This document shows, one piece after another, positions 21,428 through 35,388 of a stretch of DNA of 64,000 nt. The position numbers and the translations under genes were made by a program. Where the stretch lies: the NCBI RefSeq assembly GCF_018350175.1, contig NC_058368.1:138634001-138698000 (forward strand), written 5' to 3'. The notes beneath the pieces are model-generated. The model searched no databases. It was not told the origin of the DNA and saw only the letters and a program-made list of their open reading frames with translations. The stretch's first letter is position 1, and each line of letters opens with the position of its first letter. The DNA comes from Felis catus. Lineage: Eukaryota.

Positions 21428-24400
21428 AAAAATTCAGGAACTGAATTTCAGATAAACAATGGATGATTTTCTTTTTAATGTCAGTTCATCTCATACAATA
21501 TTTGGGAAATATTTCCACTACAATAGTGTTATTTATCTGAAAATCACATTTAACTGGTGTCTTGTACTTTGTCTTGCAATCCTATCCAGCAGGCAGCTCC
21601 CTATCACATTAGCCTGCCTCCCATATGGCTTTCCTCATAATTATTTCTTTGCTTTTCCTTACAGTTTTACCACCTATGTGTATTTCCAAAAGGTAGTATT
21701 TAGTATGGCCTGTTTTGGACTGTCATTGTTTGTTATTGTTGTTGCTTTACTTTTTTTCTGAATCGTGTCAAATCCAGACCCCCTTCTGCTCTTACCAAGT
21801 GTCGCGAGCAGTCCGGTATTTGCCATGGTTTTACCACCCCTCACCCCTCGACCTGGTAATCAAGGAATAATCAAGGAAATCCAGGGAAGAGGCCTCAGGT
21901 TATCGGTGTACTGAGATCACCTCTGCAGAGGCTTTTTGCCAGACTCACAGAGCCTTGTCAAAGGCAGATGGCCCCGCTGGGTGGCTGCACTCCCTTCATG
22001 CCTAGCTGGCCTTGGGGACTAATTGCTCTTGAATTCCAGCAACCCTGAGCCCTTTCCTTCCAAGCTCCAGCAGTTTGTAGAGTGCTGGGTACAAACAGGC
22101 TCATGTTTTACTACTCTTGGAATGTACCAACCACGCCTGTTGCCTTGCCCTGAATCCTGGAAAACTCCACTCTCCTCTGCCTTTCTCAACCTTCAGAAAG
22201 AAAGAAGCACATCTTCCTACCCTCTGGTTTCACACGGAGATTTAGTAGCTGTAGGGGAGAAATGCTGGGTGATTTATGAAGCCAATGGCCCATCACCAAC
22301 AAAGAGCTGGTTTATCTTTCCTAAGGGAAAGAAAACTCAGCCTTTAGGAAAAGCAGTAGTGGCCTCCCATAACCCAGGAATGAAGCAGAAATAAATAATG
22401 TACTCATATTTGCATACCCATCTCAATGCCTGGAAAATTAGAGTCCCTACAAATATAGCTAGAATTACTTTTTGTATGATCTTTCCTTGTGCACCAGACC
22501 TTTCTCCCCAAGTTGCAGAAGCCCAGAGTCTAGCTTTCAAGACCCACCCACAAAAAACCACACAGCGTCCCCTCTATCATGAACCCACTTCCTTTTTTAT
22601 TCCAGATGCAAGCTAGTGAAAATTAACATCGGATGCATCCTAGAAAGGAAAAACAAGGAATGACAAGATGGTGTGCAGCCTGAAGGGCAAGGATGTGGAA
22701 AGGAGAGAGAGAGGCTATATTGCCCTCCTCACCTGGCTGGGTAGAGAGTTAATAGGTTGTCTACATGCCAACAAGGGTCTCTGGTCTCTTTCTCACTGCC
22801 TGGCAGGCCCTTCTTCCCCAGCTGACTCTTTGAGTCTCTGCCCAGCCAAGCCCCGTGAAACAGCCACAGAAACAGAGTAGGGAAGAGAGTCTGCCTGGCC
22901 AGCCCCCAGGAAAAGTTTGCCCAGTCAATATTTGTTGATCCCACGTTGACTACAAACAAGGGCAAATTCGCCAACACATGGCCTAGCTTGTATCTGATGA
23001 GGATCATGGTCATTAAGAAATAAGTCAGTGAGCTGGGCTCTAGCTGTGTCTTAACAAAAGGCCTGGCATCCCACAACTGCAAAGGAAGAAATCTCCCTAG
23101 AACTGTGAAGAAGAGCAAATCTTGCCCTAGATTTCTCTGCCTCGCAAAATTCAAAAGTGGAGTCAGTAGGGCTTTGGTCTAGCGAGGTGTCTTGTGTTGT
23201 CATCAGACACTGGATCGCCAGGGAGGGGACCTACCTCCAAGCACCCTTCTAAGCCAGTGCCCTTCCGGTTTTCACATCACATCGATACTCATATTAGGAG
23301 AAAGCAAGGGACATGAGGCCTCTCCACTCAGCCTACTGATTGTCCTGAACTGCAGCTCCCCAGACTGCAAGTCAAAAATACTTCTGGACCCAGCAACCCT
23401 CTATGATTTATGAGTTGGGCTTGTAGGGCCAAGATGGCTTTATATATAAAGATCTCTAGCAAAACATTTAGCCTGTGTAGGAAGGAGGTTTTCCACATAT
23501 GTTGAATTGGGCTTATAGACTATTCTATTTACTTGTTAGCTATAACTAGTGTGATTTCGGAGAACTATTCAAGATTTTAGAGGTAGATCCTTTTTGGGTT
23601 TCTTGCTACTGTTGCTCTCCTCTGAAACTAGAATTACAATTCCTCATATAGAAACCCAAAAATCTGTCTAAAGAATGTCACTGTTACACCAAGCAATGGG
23701 TGATCAACAGAAAACATCATGGCCCAACCCTAATGGTATCAATGAGAAAGGCTATTCTTGCCTGATAGATGGTAGATGGCATTTTACTAAGGAATGTTGG
23801 AGAATTTTATCTCAGTCAAAGTAGCCAAAGGGGAAGAACTTTGGGCCTGTGTATCCACTCATTTGTGAGAGAGATAAGCCTTGCTGAGACTGAAACCAGA
23901 CCCTCTCCATTGCCCTCCCACCGGGTGTTGGGGGAGAGCTGACGAAGGGTTCCACATGATATCACCAAGCCAGCCTTGGGACTCAGGTTTGTTAGCACTT
24001 ACCGGTTCACAAAGTCCTCCACACCCATCATGTTCATATCCCTTAAGATCAGTGACAGTGTCCCATTTACACATGAGCAAGGAGACTTCGAGCAAGGTTA
24101 TGTGACTATAGAACACATGACTATTAAGGTCAGGGGTCCACCTGGAACACAGGTCTTTTGATTCTACATTTCATGCTTCCTTTTTGTTTCTTTTCCTGAT
24201 TATACATGTATTAATAGCCCATGGACAAACTTTGGAAAGGACAAAAAAGAATGAAAGGAGGGCTAAATCCACACTCTTGCCATTCAGAAGCAGACACGAT
24301 TTACATTCTGCTGCATTGTTTCTGCTTGTATTTACCTATGATCTTCGTGGAAAACTTGAAAAGTACAAAAATGTCTGAAAGTAAAATACCAAACCACTCA

Positions 24401-24889
24401 GAGATAGAGGTACATTCCCTTTTCATACTTTTTTCTAAGCATATTTTAAAAACAATATTATAGGCAATATAATATTCCTTTGTCTATTTTGCTTCTAATG
24501 AGGATCATACCAGCCTCACATGTCACCAAGTCTTCCCAAGACCATTGCAGTGGTCCTGGTGACAGTATTAACCCAAAGAGGGCTTGTGTATAAGATCCCT
24601 CCTTTCTCCAAACTTCAGTATCATTTTTGAGACCTTCTAGCATCCCTCATGTTTCTTTTAAAGTAATCACTGCACATTTTTCTCTTAGTCCTTTTAATTG
24701 GTTTCCACCATCTAAAAATGTCAGGAAGAATGTGCTCTACCTGCTTCTCACCCTTCATGAAAATCCAAGGCCCCATTGGCCCCTTCCAGTACTGTGTCCC
24801 AACCCAGAGCAATTCTCTGGGCAGATATAGAGGGATGCTGCTCTTTCTCACTCTCTGAGATGTACTTGGATACCATGGGTCTCCCAGGG

Positions 24890-25035
24890 CAGTGCTTCCT
24901 AAACTTCAAAGTGCACACAGATCACCTGGGACCTTGTTAAAATGCAGATCTTTGTTCATGAGGTCTTGGGTGGATCTAAATGCTCCTGGTGAGACTGATG
25001 CTGCTGGCCCCAACACAGGCTTTGAGTAGCCAGAC
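24890..25035. mobile_element. MER5A-like hAT MITE
   Basis: cagtgcttcctaaactt...atcacctgggaccttgttaaaatgcagat...gatgctgctggccc...ctttgagtagc. Confidence 0.8.
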
Positions 25036-25230
25036 TCTAGAAATCCTCTGTGAGAATAATGACTCTGCTTAGGCCTTAGAGCTCTGCCCAAGAAGGAATC
25101 CAGGTGGATACCTCTGTATTCCCCATCCAACTTGTCCTCTTTTTCCCTTCATTTTCCCCTATTCAAATAAACTCTTACAGATTGATGCCTAAAGGCCACC
25201 CACTCCCTTAACTTACCCATAATCCCAGAT

Positions 25231-25362
25231 TTTTTTTAAGTGTATTTCTTTTTTTTTTTTCTTTTTTTTTTTTAGTAATCTCTATACCCAACATGAGGCT
25301 CAAACTCACAACCCCAAGATCAAGAGTCACATGCTTCACCGACCGAGCCAGCCAGGTGCCCC
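25231..25362 (-). mobile_element. Short tRNA-Lys-derived SINE (SINEC_old-like)
   Basis: T tail, agtaatctctatacccaacatgaggctcaaactc...gatcaagagtcacatgct...gagccagccaggtgcccc. Confidence 0.85.
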
Positions 25363-25619
25363 AGGCCAGATATTTCTTTGTAACTTCTCTGCCACCCCCC
25401 TTTCAGATGATCTGTTCTGAATTCTCCTTTCTTGCCTCTATTTTCCTGACCCCTAGATTTCCACAAACATCATAAGGCAGAGAAGAGTAGTTACCTCTTT
25501 GTCTGCTCTTGTTCATCACCAGAGGGACCTCGTCTTTATATCCATAACTACTCCGGAAGTTGTGACGCTAACCCAAGACAGTTTTCTCTCTTAAAGGGAT
25601 TATTTGCCAGCCCTTAGAA

Positions 25620-25810
25620 TAATTATTTCCCTCCTCCCCCCCACACAGAAACCACTCCTATAACATACATTTTTACACATCCAGCTTTGTCTACATTTCT
25701 GAATATTTCTTCTCTAGAACAGATACTTAGAGTTGCAGCTACTAGATCCAAAGATATGAAAACTTTGGGCTTTTTGATACTATCAGCTTCCATTTTTCTG
25801 TCATGGTTCC
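25620..25810 (-). mobile_element. Old L1M fragment
   Basis: atttctgaatatttcttctctagaacagatacttagagttg...ctagatccaaagatatg. Confidence 0.55.
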
Positions 25811-27246
25811 ACACTGCCTAATGCTGAGTCCTTGTGGCTTAATCTGAGGGGCTCTGGTGAACAAAAAAGATATTTCTTGCCCCCCAATAGTTCCAAAAAC
25901 CAGCTCTTTCTTGATAACTAAAATCCACTCCACCCGGTTTTGGTTATAAGCACAGAAGATTCTGTGAAAATATCAAAGTTACCATTACTGGGGCTAGAAA
26001 GTGGACACCGTGAGGAGGCATTCCTGTTTTACCTGAGAGCTTTACTGCAATAGGGGAACCACTCACTGAGCCCAGAGTGCCAGCAGGTGTGGGTGTATTG
26101 TTGTTGGGGCTGCACATATAAAGATGAGGAACAGTGTGAAAGGGTAGAAATCTGAAACATGGACCTTGTTCCCCAGTCTCCCCACCACACTTCGCATGAA
26201 TCAAGGGACCGAGAAGACAGAGCAGCAAGGGGCTGTTATGCACATTATCCCAGAAAGATGAGACACTGACCGAGGGGCAGAAACACCCATTCCCTGCTCA
26301 CCGCACCACACAACTGTGCTTTTCCCAGTCAGAATATGGCTGAGGAGCCTCTGGCTTTCTTCACTTGTAAACTCCAACTCTATCCCTCCAGCTCTAAAGA
26401 TACCTGGATTCTGAGGAACTGTGCCAAGGAGGTGACACAGGCACTTTCAGAACTTCACACATTCCTCGGGAATCATCCAGTATAGAACCACTTCTTCTTT
26501 GTTGCTTCAGAGAAAGCCCAGGGTCTCTGTGAGAGGCAGCTCTATTCAGTCATGACGAACGCTCGTGGTTCATCAAAAGTAAATTGTGCAAATAAGAGCA
26601 CACAAAAGAACAATTAATAAAATTTAGGGAATCAAAGTGGCATCAGGAGCTGTACATTTTATAGAGTCTGCTCATTAAAAGAGAAAAACAATGAGCCCTC
26701 TGACCGGAGCCACTCCCTTGAGGCGGGCCACGGTGGATCCCACAATCTATTATCTCAGTGCCTCATTTCCAATTCGAATGGCTGCCACCTGTCTTGTTTT
26801 GGTCCACAGTGGATGGTGTTTACTGGTTTAAAAGGCAGAAAGAAAAAGGCTCATGTTGTGCTTTTTAACTTAGCCAGGGTAGCATCTGTTCCCATCCACA
26901 AGAGGACTGCTGGCTGAAAGACAAAGGCCAGGATTTTTTTTTTTCAAGGATGATTTTTAAAATTCTCAGCAAAGTTTCTGTCACAGCTTTTTGAGAGTAA
27001 TCTTTGCCTTACATCCTCAGCCCCTTGGCTGAAAGAATGGGCATTTGCAGGCCCCATAGCTACCCAGTTCCAGGCTGTGGGTTGATGTCATCGCCTGATT
27101 AATCAATTGTTCATATGCATGAAGTCTAGGGACCTGGAAGTTTTCAGAAATAGTTTCAGTCCCCACATGTGAAAATATGGCTCCTAGCAAAATACTTTCT
27201 GAAACACCCCTTATTTTTTATAGTTAATCTTGTTAGCCTCATTGTT

Positions 27247-27272
27247 ACACACACACACACACACACACACAC
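27247..27272. repeat. (AC)13 microsatellite
   Basis: Read directly from the sequence. Confidence 0.95.
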
Positions 27273-27929
27273 TACATAAGCCTTTGGTGGCAATGTGCCA
27301 TTGCTTCAAAATCAGTCTTTAATGTGTTTGTTTTAATTCAACAAAGATGAATAAGATGAATTAAAAAGAGGTTATGTGCAAAACACCTTGTAGCCCCGTG
27401 GGCTGTGTGTGCTGGAGTAATATTAGAGGAATAGAAGATTCTAGAACCACATGACATTATAGGATCATTGGGGAAAAATTGTCCATCTCAAACCTTTTCT
27501 CACTAGGACCTTAGAAAGACAGTATTTCCAAGGTGGTAGACAGGAATAGAGTGATGTCGCTTTCACTTCCTAGCTCCTTGGTCACATTGCTGTGGTGTCT
27601 GAATTACTAAAAGTTTTGCTGCTTCCTTTCTGAAGCTTACCAGGAAAATGGATGTTAAAGTGGTCTCTTGATCCACTTGGGAAGAGGATTATTCTCAACC
27701 TTATCTTGAGAAAAAGGCAATAGTTCAGTACCTAAGGATATACTTCTTAGGCAAGTAGCTGTGTCCCAGATGTTTCACAAAGAGACACTAGAACACCAGG
27801 GTATCCAATCCTGATGGAGATAGGCAAGATAGGATAAGGAAGTAGTGTCAACAAACACAAGTTCAACAGAAACAAAATGGTTAACAATAATAATTGTCAT
27901 TAATGGAACACCTGCCATGGACTGGAAAC

Positions 27930-28125
27930 AGAGATATGGTTTCCATTTTATGGATGAGAAAACCAAGACTCAGGGGGTGAAGTAATTTGTTCAAGGTAGC
28001 AAATTCAGTTAATGTGGTAGCAAATAGCATGAGTTTTAGCTAAAGACTGACTTGGGTTGAAAATCCAGCTCCATCACTTAGTAGTTAAATGATTTAGGGC
28101 ACAATGCTGAATCTCTCTGAGCTTC
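27930..28125. mobile_element. Two adjacent MIR fragments in opposite orientation
   Basis: ccattttatggatgagaaaaccaagactcaggggg (antisense), then tgggttgaaaatccagctccatcacttagtag (sense). Confidence 0.6.
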
Positions 28126-28687
28126 TAAGACTCTACCTCTTCTGCCCCACATTTAGTCAAGTTGATGAGAAATCTTGGGTGCTATGGAACCAGAAATGAC
28201 CACAAAAAGCCAAAGTAACCCTGAAAAAGAAAACCAAAGTTGGGAGCATCACAATTCTGGACTTCAAGCTGGATCACAAAGCTGTAATCATCAAGACTGG
28301 ACCAAAAACAGACACATACATCAATGGAACAGAATAGAGAACTCAGAAATGGACCTAAACACGTATGGACAACTAATCTTCAACAAAGCAGGAAAGATTA
28401 TCCAATGAAAAGAAAGACAGTCTCGTCAGCAAATGGTGCTGGGAAAACTGGACAGCGACATGCAAAAGGATGAACCTGGACCACTTTCCTACAACATACA
28501 CAAAAATAAACTCAAAATAGATGAGAAACCTTATGTAAGCCAGGAAACCATCAAAATCCTAGAGGAAAAAAACAGGCAACAACCTCTTTGACCTTGGCCA
28601 CAGAAACTTCTTTCTAGGCATGTCTCAGAGGCAAGGGAAACAAAAACAAAAATGAACTCTTACGACCTCATCAGGATAAAAAACTTT

Positions 28688-28932
28688 GGGGAGCTTGGGT
28701 GGCTCAGTTAGTTGAGCATCTGACTTCAGCTCAGGTCATGATCTCATGGTTTGTGAGTTTGAGCCCCATGTCAGGCTCTGTGCTGACAGCTCAGAGTTTG
28801 GAGCCTGCTTCGGATTCTGTATCTCCCCCTCTCTCTTCCCCTTCTCCACTCATGCTCTGTCTCTGTCTCTGTCTCTGTCTCTGTCTCTCTCTCAAAAATA
28901 AAATAAACATTACAAAAATAAAATAAAAAAAT
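28688..28932 (+). mobile_element. Can-SINE inside L1
   Basis: Head, (ctctgt)n, tail; TSD-like ataaaaaactt / ataaaaacctt. Confidence 0.94.
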
Positions 28933-29067
28933 ATAAAAACCTTCTGCTCAGCAAAGGAAACAATGACCAAAACTAAAAGGAAACCAATACAATGGGAGAA
29001 GATATTTGCAAATGACATATTGGATAAAGGGTTAGTATCCAAAATCTATAAAGAACTTATCAAACTT

Positions 29068-29299
29068 GGGGCGCCTGGGTGGCTCAGTGGGTTAAGCGTC
29101 TGACTTCAGCTCAGGTCATGATCTCACGGTTTGTGACTTCAAGCCCCACATCAGGTTCTGTGCTGACAGCTCAGAGCCTGGGGCCTGCTCCTGATTCTGT
29201 GTCTCCCTCTCTCAGCCCCTCCCTCACTTGCACTCTTCTCTGTCTCTCTCTGTCTCTCTCTCTCTCAAAAATAAATAAACATTAAAAAAATTTTTAAAC
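29068..29299 (+). mobile_element. Can-SINE inside L1
   Basis: Full element; TSD aaagaactta(tcaaactt / ccgaattc). Confidence 0.95.
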
Positions 29300-29808
29300 A
29301 AAGAACTTACCGAATTCAACACCCAAAAACCAAATAATCCAGTGAACAAATGGGCCAAAGACATGAACAGACACTTTTCCAAAGAAGACATCCAAATGGC
29401 TAACGGACACATGAAAAGATGCTCAACATCACTCACCATCAGGGAAATACAAATCAAAATCACAATGAGATACCACCTCACACTTGTCAGAATGGCTAAC
29501 ATTAACAATTGAGGAAACAACAGATGTTGACAAGGATGTGAAGAAAAGGGAACCTTTTGGCAGTGTTAGCGGGAATGCAAATTGGTGCAGCCACTCTGGA
29601 GAACAGTATGGAGGTCATTCAAAAAATTAAAGATAGAGCTACCCTATGACCCAGCAATTACACTACCAGGTATTTATCCAAAGAATACAAAAATGCTGGT
29701 TCAAAGGGGCACAGGCACCCCAAGGTTTATAGCAGTACTATTTACAATTATGAAAAGAGCCCAAATGTCCATTGACAGATGAATGGATAATGATGTGGTA
29801 TATGTATG

Positions 29809-29811
<3 letters not shown>

Positions 29812-29853
<42 letters not shown>
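29812..29853. repeat. (AC)21 microsatellite inside L1
   Basis: Read directly from the sequence. Confidence 0.95.
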
Positions 29854-29856
<3 letters not shown>

Positions 29857-30532
29857 CAATGGAATATTACTTGGAGATCAAAAAGAATGAAATCTTGCCA
29901 TTTGTGAGAATGTGGAACTAGCATGTACTATGCTAAGCAAAAGGAGTCAGAGAAAGACAAATATATGATTTCACTCATGTGGAATTTGAGAAACAACACA
30001 GATGAGCACAGGGGAAGGGAAGGGAAAATAAGATAAAAACGGAGAAGGAGGGAAACTGTAAGAGACTCTTAAATACAGGATACAAACTGAGGGGTGCTGA
30101 AGGGGTGTTGGGTGGGGGGAGGGGATAATGGGTGATGGATATTAAGGAGGGCCTTTGTCAGGACTAGCACTGAGTATTACATGTAAGTGATGAATCACTA
30201 CATTCTACTCCCGAAACCATTATTACACTATATGTTAGCTAACTTGGATTTAAATTAAAAAATCAAAAAGAAAAATAAAAAAAGAAAGCCTGGATGCTCC
30301 CTTCTTTGGGGCTGGTTGGAAATTTAGACCATGCATGGGGACTCTCACTCTGGCCCAAGCCCCAAACCACCGTAAAAATAACACGCCAGTCTCCTTTCCC
30401 TGTTTTCTCAAGCTCTTTTTGTACCTGTCTGGGGCCGCCATGCTCTCCCAGAAAGCCTCATTATGAGAGTTAAACCTTTTCGTAGTCTCTTAGTGTATGT
30501 ATGGTAGCATCAGTCTCAACACCAAAACCGAA

Positions 30533-31027
30533 TTTAGGGCAGGGTCCATTCTGCTGCTTCAGTGTCCAACCCTCAATTCATTCTCACCCTCTAAGCTGCT
30601 TGTGCCCGGGAAAGCTGATCTGCAAACCATCAGCATCCTCCCTTGCCCTCTGGCTTCCCATGGGGTTTAGTCAGCAGGAGGCAGAGGCAGGAGATCAGGG
30701 CAAGGAGAGAGAGAGTAGAGAAGCTCCTCCCTGCTTCCTCCACGATGTGCTCTCACATTTCTGGCTGTTGAAGCATGCCCCATGTGATGTCAGCTCCCAC
30801 CAGGCAGATCTTCTGCACACGCTAACACTCCCTGTTTCCTCCTCTTGCCCTTTAAGCACTAGGGATCGTAATAGTTTACCCAGGCTACAGTCTTTGGTGC
30901 CTCAACATCCTTTGTCGGTTCCCTTAGCCCTGCTCCACCCCATAATGAGTCTTTTTTATGAAATGTTCCTTATTGGAACCACCTGAATTCGATTCTGCTG
31001 CCTGTGCCAGGACCCTGCCTGATTCAC
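30533..31027 (+). mobile_element. Solo LTR, LTR33-like (ERVL)
   Basis: cagggtccatt...ccttgccctctggcttccc...ggcaggagatcaggg...ccaggaccctgcctgattca resembles the recalled LTR33 consensus. Confidence 0.75.
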
Positions 31028-31029
31028 CA

Positions 31030-31185
31030 TCTAAGCCTCAATCCTCTCACTTACAAAAAGGAGATGACTAATAATACCTAATGATAATACATCATAGAAC
31101 TGTCGTGGTGATTAAATAAGGTAATTCAGGCAAGCATCTAGAATACGGCTTATAGGTGTGATGCATTATCATTCCTTATAACAGC
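31030..31185 (+). mobile_element. MIR 3' half
   Basis: aagcctcaatcctctcacttacaaaaaggagatgactaataatacc...tcatagaactgtcgtggtgattaaataag. Confidence 0.6.
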
Positions 31186-32055
31186 AATAATAATAATGAA
31201 CAATGACACTGGAATTAAAAATTCTTTCTCCTTGTAAAGTTCATGTTTTTCTCACCAAGCTATAGTTCTCCCCTTCTTTAGAGAAAAGAGGTCAGACATC
31301 TCCTTCCCAGCCCATCTTGGAAATAACATATTTAGACTGTCACATGAACTAAATCATTCCTGATTCCTTACTTAAACAAAACTTCTCCAGCTCATCAGAT
31401 TTGTCAGTTAAATGGGAACTCGCCAAAAGAACAAAGTGTACTGTTTTCCTTTCAACATCTCAATGCCAGACATGATTCTATGTCTTTTACCCAGCAGGGA
31501 CTTTCTGGAACATCAAGTGGCGAGGCAGCCAATGAGAACTCAATGTAAATCATAGTGATTAGTATTTAAATGATAGGTGTTTGTCACAAGTCCATTATCA
31601 GAAACCAAACATTCATTAGGCAATAGATATGACCTTTAGAGATTCTAAACATTTGTGACCACTGCTTGAGATGTTCTCTGTCTGCCCGTGCTTAGAGAGG
31701 CACCTTGTATGAGAGAGATGATTGTGTAGTCCTTAAAAAGAGCCAGAAAATGAAATGTGATTCTCAGAAAAACTTCCAGATCATTGTGACATAAATAATA
31801 TACTGTGTGTGCGTGGACGATGAGGATGAGCTAAGGAAAGAGGTAGAAAAACTGTGGAAAATTAAGGGGTTTTGGGTGACTATGGAAATAACTTGAGCTC
31901 ATCCTGCTCTAAAGGAGCTCTGCCCACCTTCCCGGACATCTTCCCTCCAATTGTCTCCTGACCTCCCTGGGGTTCAGAAAGCAGTTGATTAAAGAGGTAG
32001 TGCCTTTTGTAACCTGCCTAGTTGGGGGAAGGGTTCCATCACTGAAATAATTTTA

Positions 32056-32280
32056 TTTTTTTTTAAATATTTTTTTTCAACGTTTATTTATTTTTGGGAC
32101 AGAGAGAGACAGAGCATGAACGGGGGAGGGGCAGAGAGAGAGGGAGACACAGAATTGGAAACAGGCTCCAGGCTCTGAGCCATCAGCCCAGAGCCTGATG
32201 TGGGGCTCGAACTCACGGACCATGAGATCGTGACCTGGCTGAAGTCGGACGCTTAACCGACTGCGCCACCCAGGCGCCCC
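32056..32280 (-). mobile_element. Young feline Can-SINE
   Basis: Antisense cgtgacctggctgaag diagnostic; 15-bp TSD actgaaataatttta (32041-32055 / 32282-32296). Confidence 0.97.
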
Positions 32281-32359
32281 TACTGAAATAATTTTAAATG
32301 ACCACCACTCCAGGTCACAGTCTCTTAGTAGATGAGTCACGGACAAGAGCCTAGTACTG

Positions 32360-32605
32360 GGTGTAGTGGCAGCAAGGTATAACAAAGAACGTCGGCTTTG
32401 AAGCCAAAAAACCTGGGTTAACATCATGATCCTGGCACTCACTAGCTGTGAGTTCTTGAGCAAGTTACTCAACCTCTCCATTCCCCTTTTAATGGAGTAA
32501 AATGAAGGTAACGGTGCCATTTATGAAAGTTGCTGTTAGAATCATATCAAATTTAGGAACGCCACTCAACGCAGACATAGTAGAGATTTAATAAATAATA
32601 ATGAT
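32360..32605 (+). mobile_element. MIR
   Basis: actcactagctgtgagttcttgagcaagttactcaacctctc. Confidence 0.8.
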
Positions 32606-32999
32606 TGTTACGCCAAGAAAATAACATAGGCAGAGCTGGCGTGTGAGTAGACTCCATGGGAAATCGTTCACATACTACTCCGGAGCACCGACATGGGATC
32701 CACAACACCAGGATTCCAGTGTAATCACTTTGCCAATAACTTACTGTGACCTTGGGCAGGTCACAGTATTTTAGATGATAATGAGGGCCCTTGAGCAATT
32801 CTCAGAATTTTGGAGAGTCCAGTAGAGAGTATCGGATTGTTGGAGCTGAGGAGGCACATGCTCTGCCTTTGCTTTCAGAAGGAATTATTTCAGATTGGCA
32901 TTAGTACCTATGATTTCAATACAACTAAGAAAAAAATCAATGAATTGTTAGCGCCTGCCATCATCCATAGATAAACGAGGATATGAGGTATTGACTTAT

Positions 33000-33545
33000 T
33001 CCTTCAGAGAAAAAAAAAAACCGAGCACATACTCTGGGCCAGGTACTGTTCTAGATAATGGAAGCATGACAATGAACACAACAGAAGAGCTCCCGTCCCT
33101 TACGGAGGTTACATTCTAGCGGGGAAAGATAGGCAATGGACCAAGTCACCAAACAGATGGATTGTATGTTAGCCACAATCCCTTGAGGAGAAAGCAAGCT
33201 TTGGTAAGGTTAAAGGCATAAGGCAGTTGAGGAAACGTACAGTGAGAACGTGAAAATTAAGTCAGTACTTGCGGGTGAGGGACGGAGACATATGGGTAGC
33301 TGGGGAGAGTGCTTGGGGTAGAGAGCAGAACCGGAGCGGGAGGGAACTTGGCACATCTGAGGAGCAGTTGGCCACGGTGGCTGGAGAGGAGCCAACTAGG
33401 CGTGGGTGGCAAAGGGAGGAGAGAGGCAGCCAGGAGCCAGACCCCGTGGGGCCTTGTGGACCATGGACAAGACTGTGGGTTTTATTCCAAGTGTGTGAGG
33501 GGAAGCCATTGGAGAGTTTCGTATATGGAAGGGGCATTTTCCAAG
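33000..33545 (-). mobile_element. L2 3' region
   Basis: gagcacatactctgggccaggtactgttctag...ttacattctagcgggg...ggccttgtggaccatgg...gggaagccattggagagttt. Confidence 0.85.
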
Positions 33546-35388
33546 GATCTCACCAACAACATGCCTGGGGCAGGGACACCAGTTACGTTCTAAACCAAAT
33601 AATTGTAAAAATGTGGGACTGCCCCAGTAATGAAAAGCAGCAGAATCTGCTGCCCTCGCATCCCTGGGTTTAAACGGAATTCTTCCCCAAACAAAACAGA
33701 AGGAGTCTCTGCCTTGCTTGAAACCTTAGTTCTGTTCTTCAACCCTGGCAGTGGCCCCAAGTAATTAAATGTAAAGACCCATTTTTAATGTGAAGATTAA
33801 AATGACAGCAAAGCGTATTAGGGGCAAATGCAAAACCCTTCACAGAACCACACAGATTTTAAACTAGAACAGTGAGTATAACTCACAGTTTATCTATTTC
33901 TCAATCTCGGCATGTCTAGGTTTGCCAGCATTTGTGTGTTGGCTGCAATAAAGCCTCTTTGCTCAGAAGCAATGATGAGGGATGCATGCATTTAACAACA
34001 AAATCTCATTTTTCCTGCCTGTCTGCTTGAGACAAGGGCATCCTTTCTCAATCTACGATGTCTGCCTTTCACATTCTTATTGGGGATCCTAATTTTGAAT
34101 TGTCAGCCTTATAGGTCCTATTAGAAGTCTCATATTTGAGAAAGTTTTCAGATTTTGCTTTCAAATCATTCCTAGTGTCAGCAGAGAGCAAATATAATTA
34201 TCAGACGGTCTGGGGGTAATAGCCTGACATGTCCTGCTAAGTAAAGAAATTTCTTCAGAGATTTCATCATAAAAATATTACTGTGATTTTTTTTTTGGTT
34301 GTATACCATGCATCATAATATGTCACGTGTGCTTTAACAAGTAATATTTCAAGGTATCAGTGAAACTTCTCAAACTGCTGGTCCCCCCCCCACCCCGCAC
34401 ACCCCCATATTTGAATTAAGTGAGCATCCATGGTTGTGCTCTCTGTTTATCATGGGACTTTGAGCCCCCCCAGCCATCCCAAGTTAATACCTGGAAGAAA
34501 TGCCTCCTATAGAAATGCCAGTCATTCCTACAAGGCAGACCAGACTATACTGCTAAGTTCCCTTAGCACTCCTTCACACCTCTGTAAATGTTGAGCCTTT
34601 TTATTAAGAATCAATGTAAAAAGTAGCCATATTTATAGCTGGTTGTCATATAATAACCCTTACACCAACTTCCTCTTGATGCTCAGGAAACTTCTCTCTG
34701 TGTGAAATGGCGTACTTTTTAAAAATAAGAACTCATGAATCCATCTTTTTGGGTTTTTTTCTTTGACTGATGGGAAATTCAGAGGTGCGTTTTGCAGGCA
34801 GTATTTGGTAGCATTCCTTAGTCTAAGTTTCTGGAATAATTATCCCTGCGATGCTACCACCTACACACATATTAATTGACTTTAGGGTTTTAATTTTCAT
34901 TTAAATGTCTTTCAGATATCTTGAGCCTGTGTTTTAATGTAATCCATTTCAAAAGCACTTGCTAAGTAGCTATTGCAGACAACTCCATGAGCGGGTGTGC
35001 ATGAAAGGGAGAAAGAGAGAAGTTCATTTGTTCATTCATTCGGCAAACCCTGACAGAGCTCCTCGTCTGTCCCAGTCTGGGCTAGTCTGGACCAAGCGGT
35101 TAACAGGGGCATGCAATGTGTTTCTTCTTCCTTTTCACTGGGGAGAGACTAATGGCCTCAAATATCTCCCGTAGTTCAATGCTTCTATTGTCTTTCCTTA
35201 AAAAAAAATAGAACTTTGCTTTCAAACTACGTATTCGATGTTCCATAACTGGCCTTGAAGAATCCTTATTTTGGAGCATGTTTTTCCCAGGCACCTGCAT
35301 TCTCAGCTCTGCCTTCCAGAGAATACCATGCTGAATGTTCTTCAAATTCCTCTTGCATTATTTGTCATTTTAAAGCAAATGCCTTCTT

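Larger units (their letters stand above)
28184..30282 (+). mobile_element. 5'-truncated carnivore L1 (degenerate ORF2 3' end, 3'UTR, A tail) carrying two SINEs
   Basis: caatggaacagaatagag (QWNRIE), tggtgctgggaaaactgg (WCWENW), atgagataccacctcaca; diverged 16-bp TSD agaaatcttgggtgct / agaaagcctggatgct (28168-28183 / 30283-30298). Confidence 0.95.

Noticed and set aside
21857..21878. 11-bp tandem duplication taatcaaggaa x2
   Set aside because: Ordinary micro-duplication
28175..29782. ORFs with L1 ORF2-like peptides
   Set aside because: Frameshifted fragments of a 5'-truncated L1 interrupted by SINEs; not a functional CDS
30501..30986. 161-aa plus-strand ORF
   Set aside because: Lies within the LTR33-like element; no recognisable protein features
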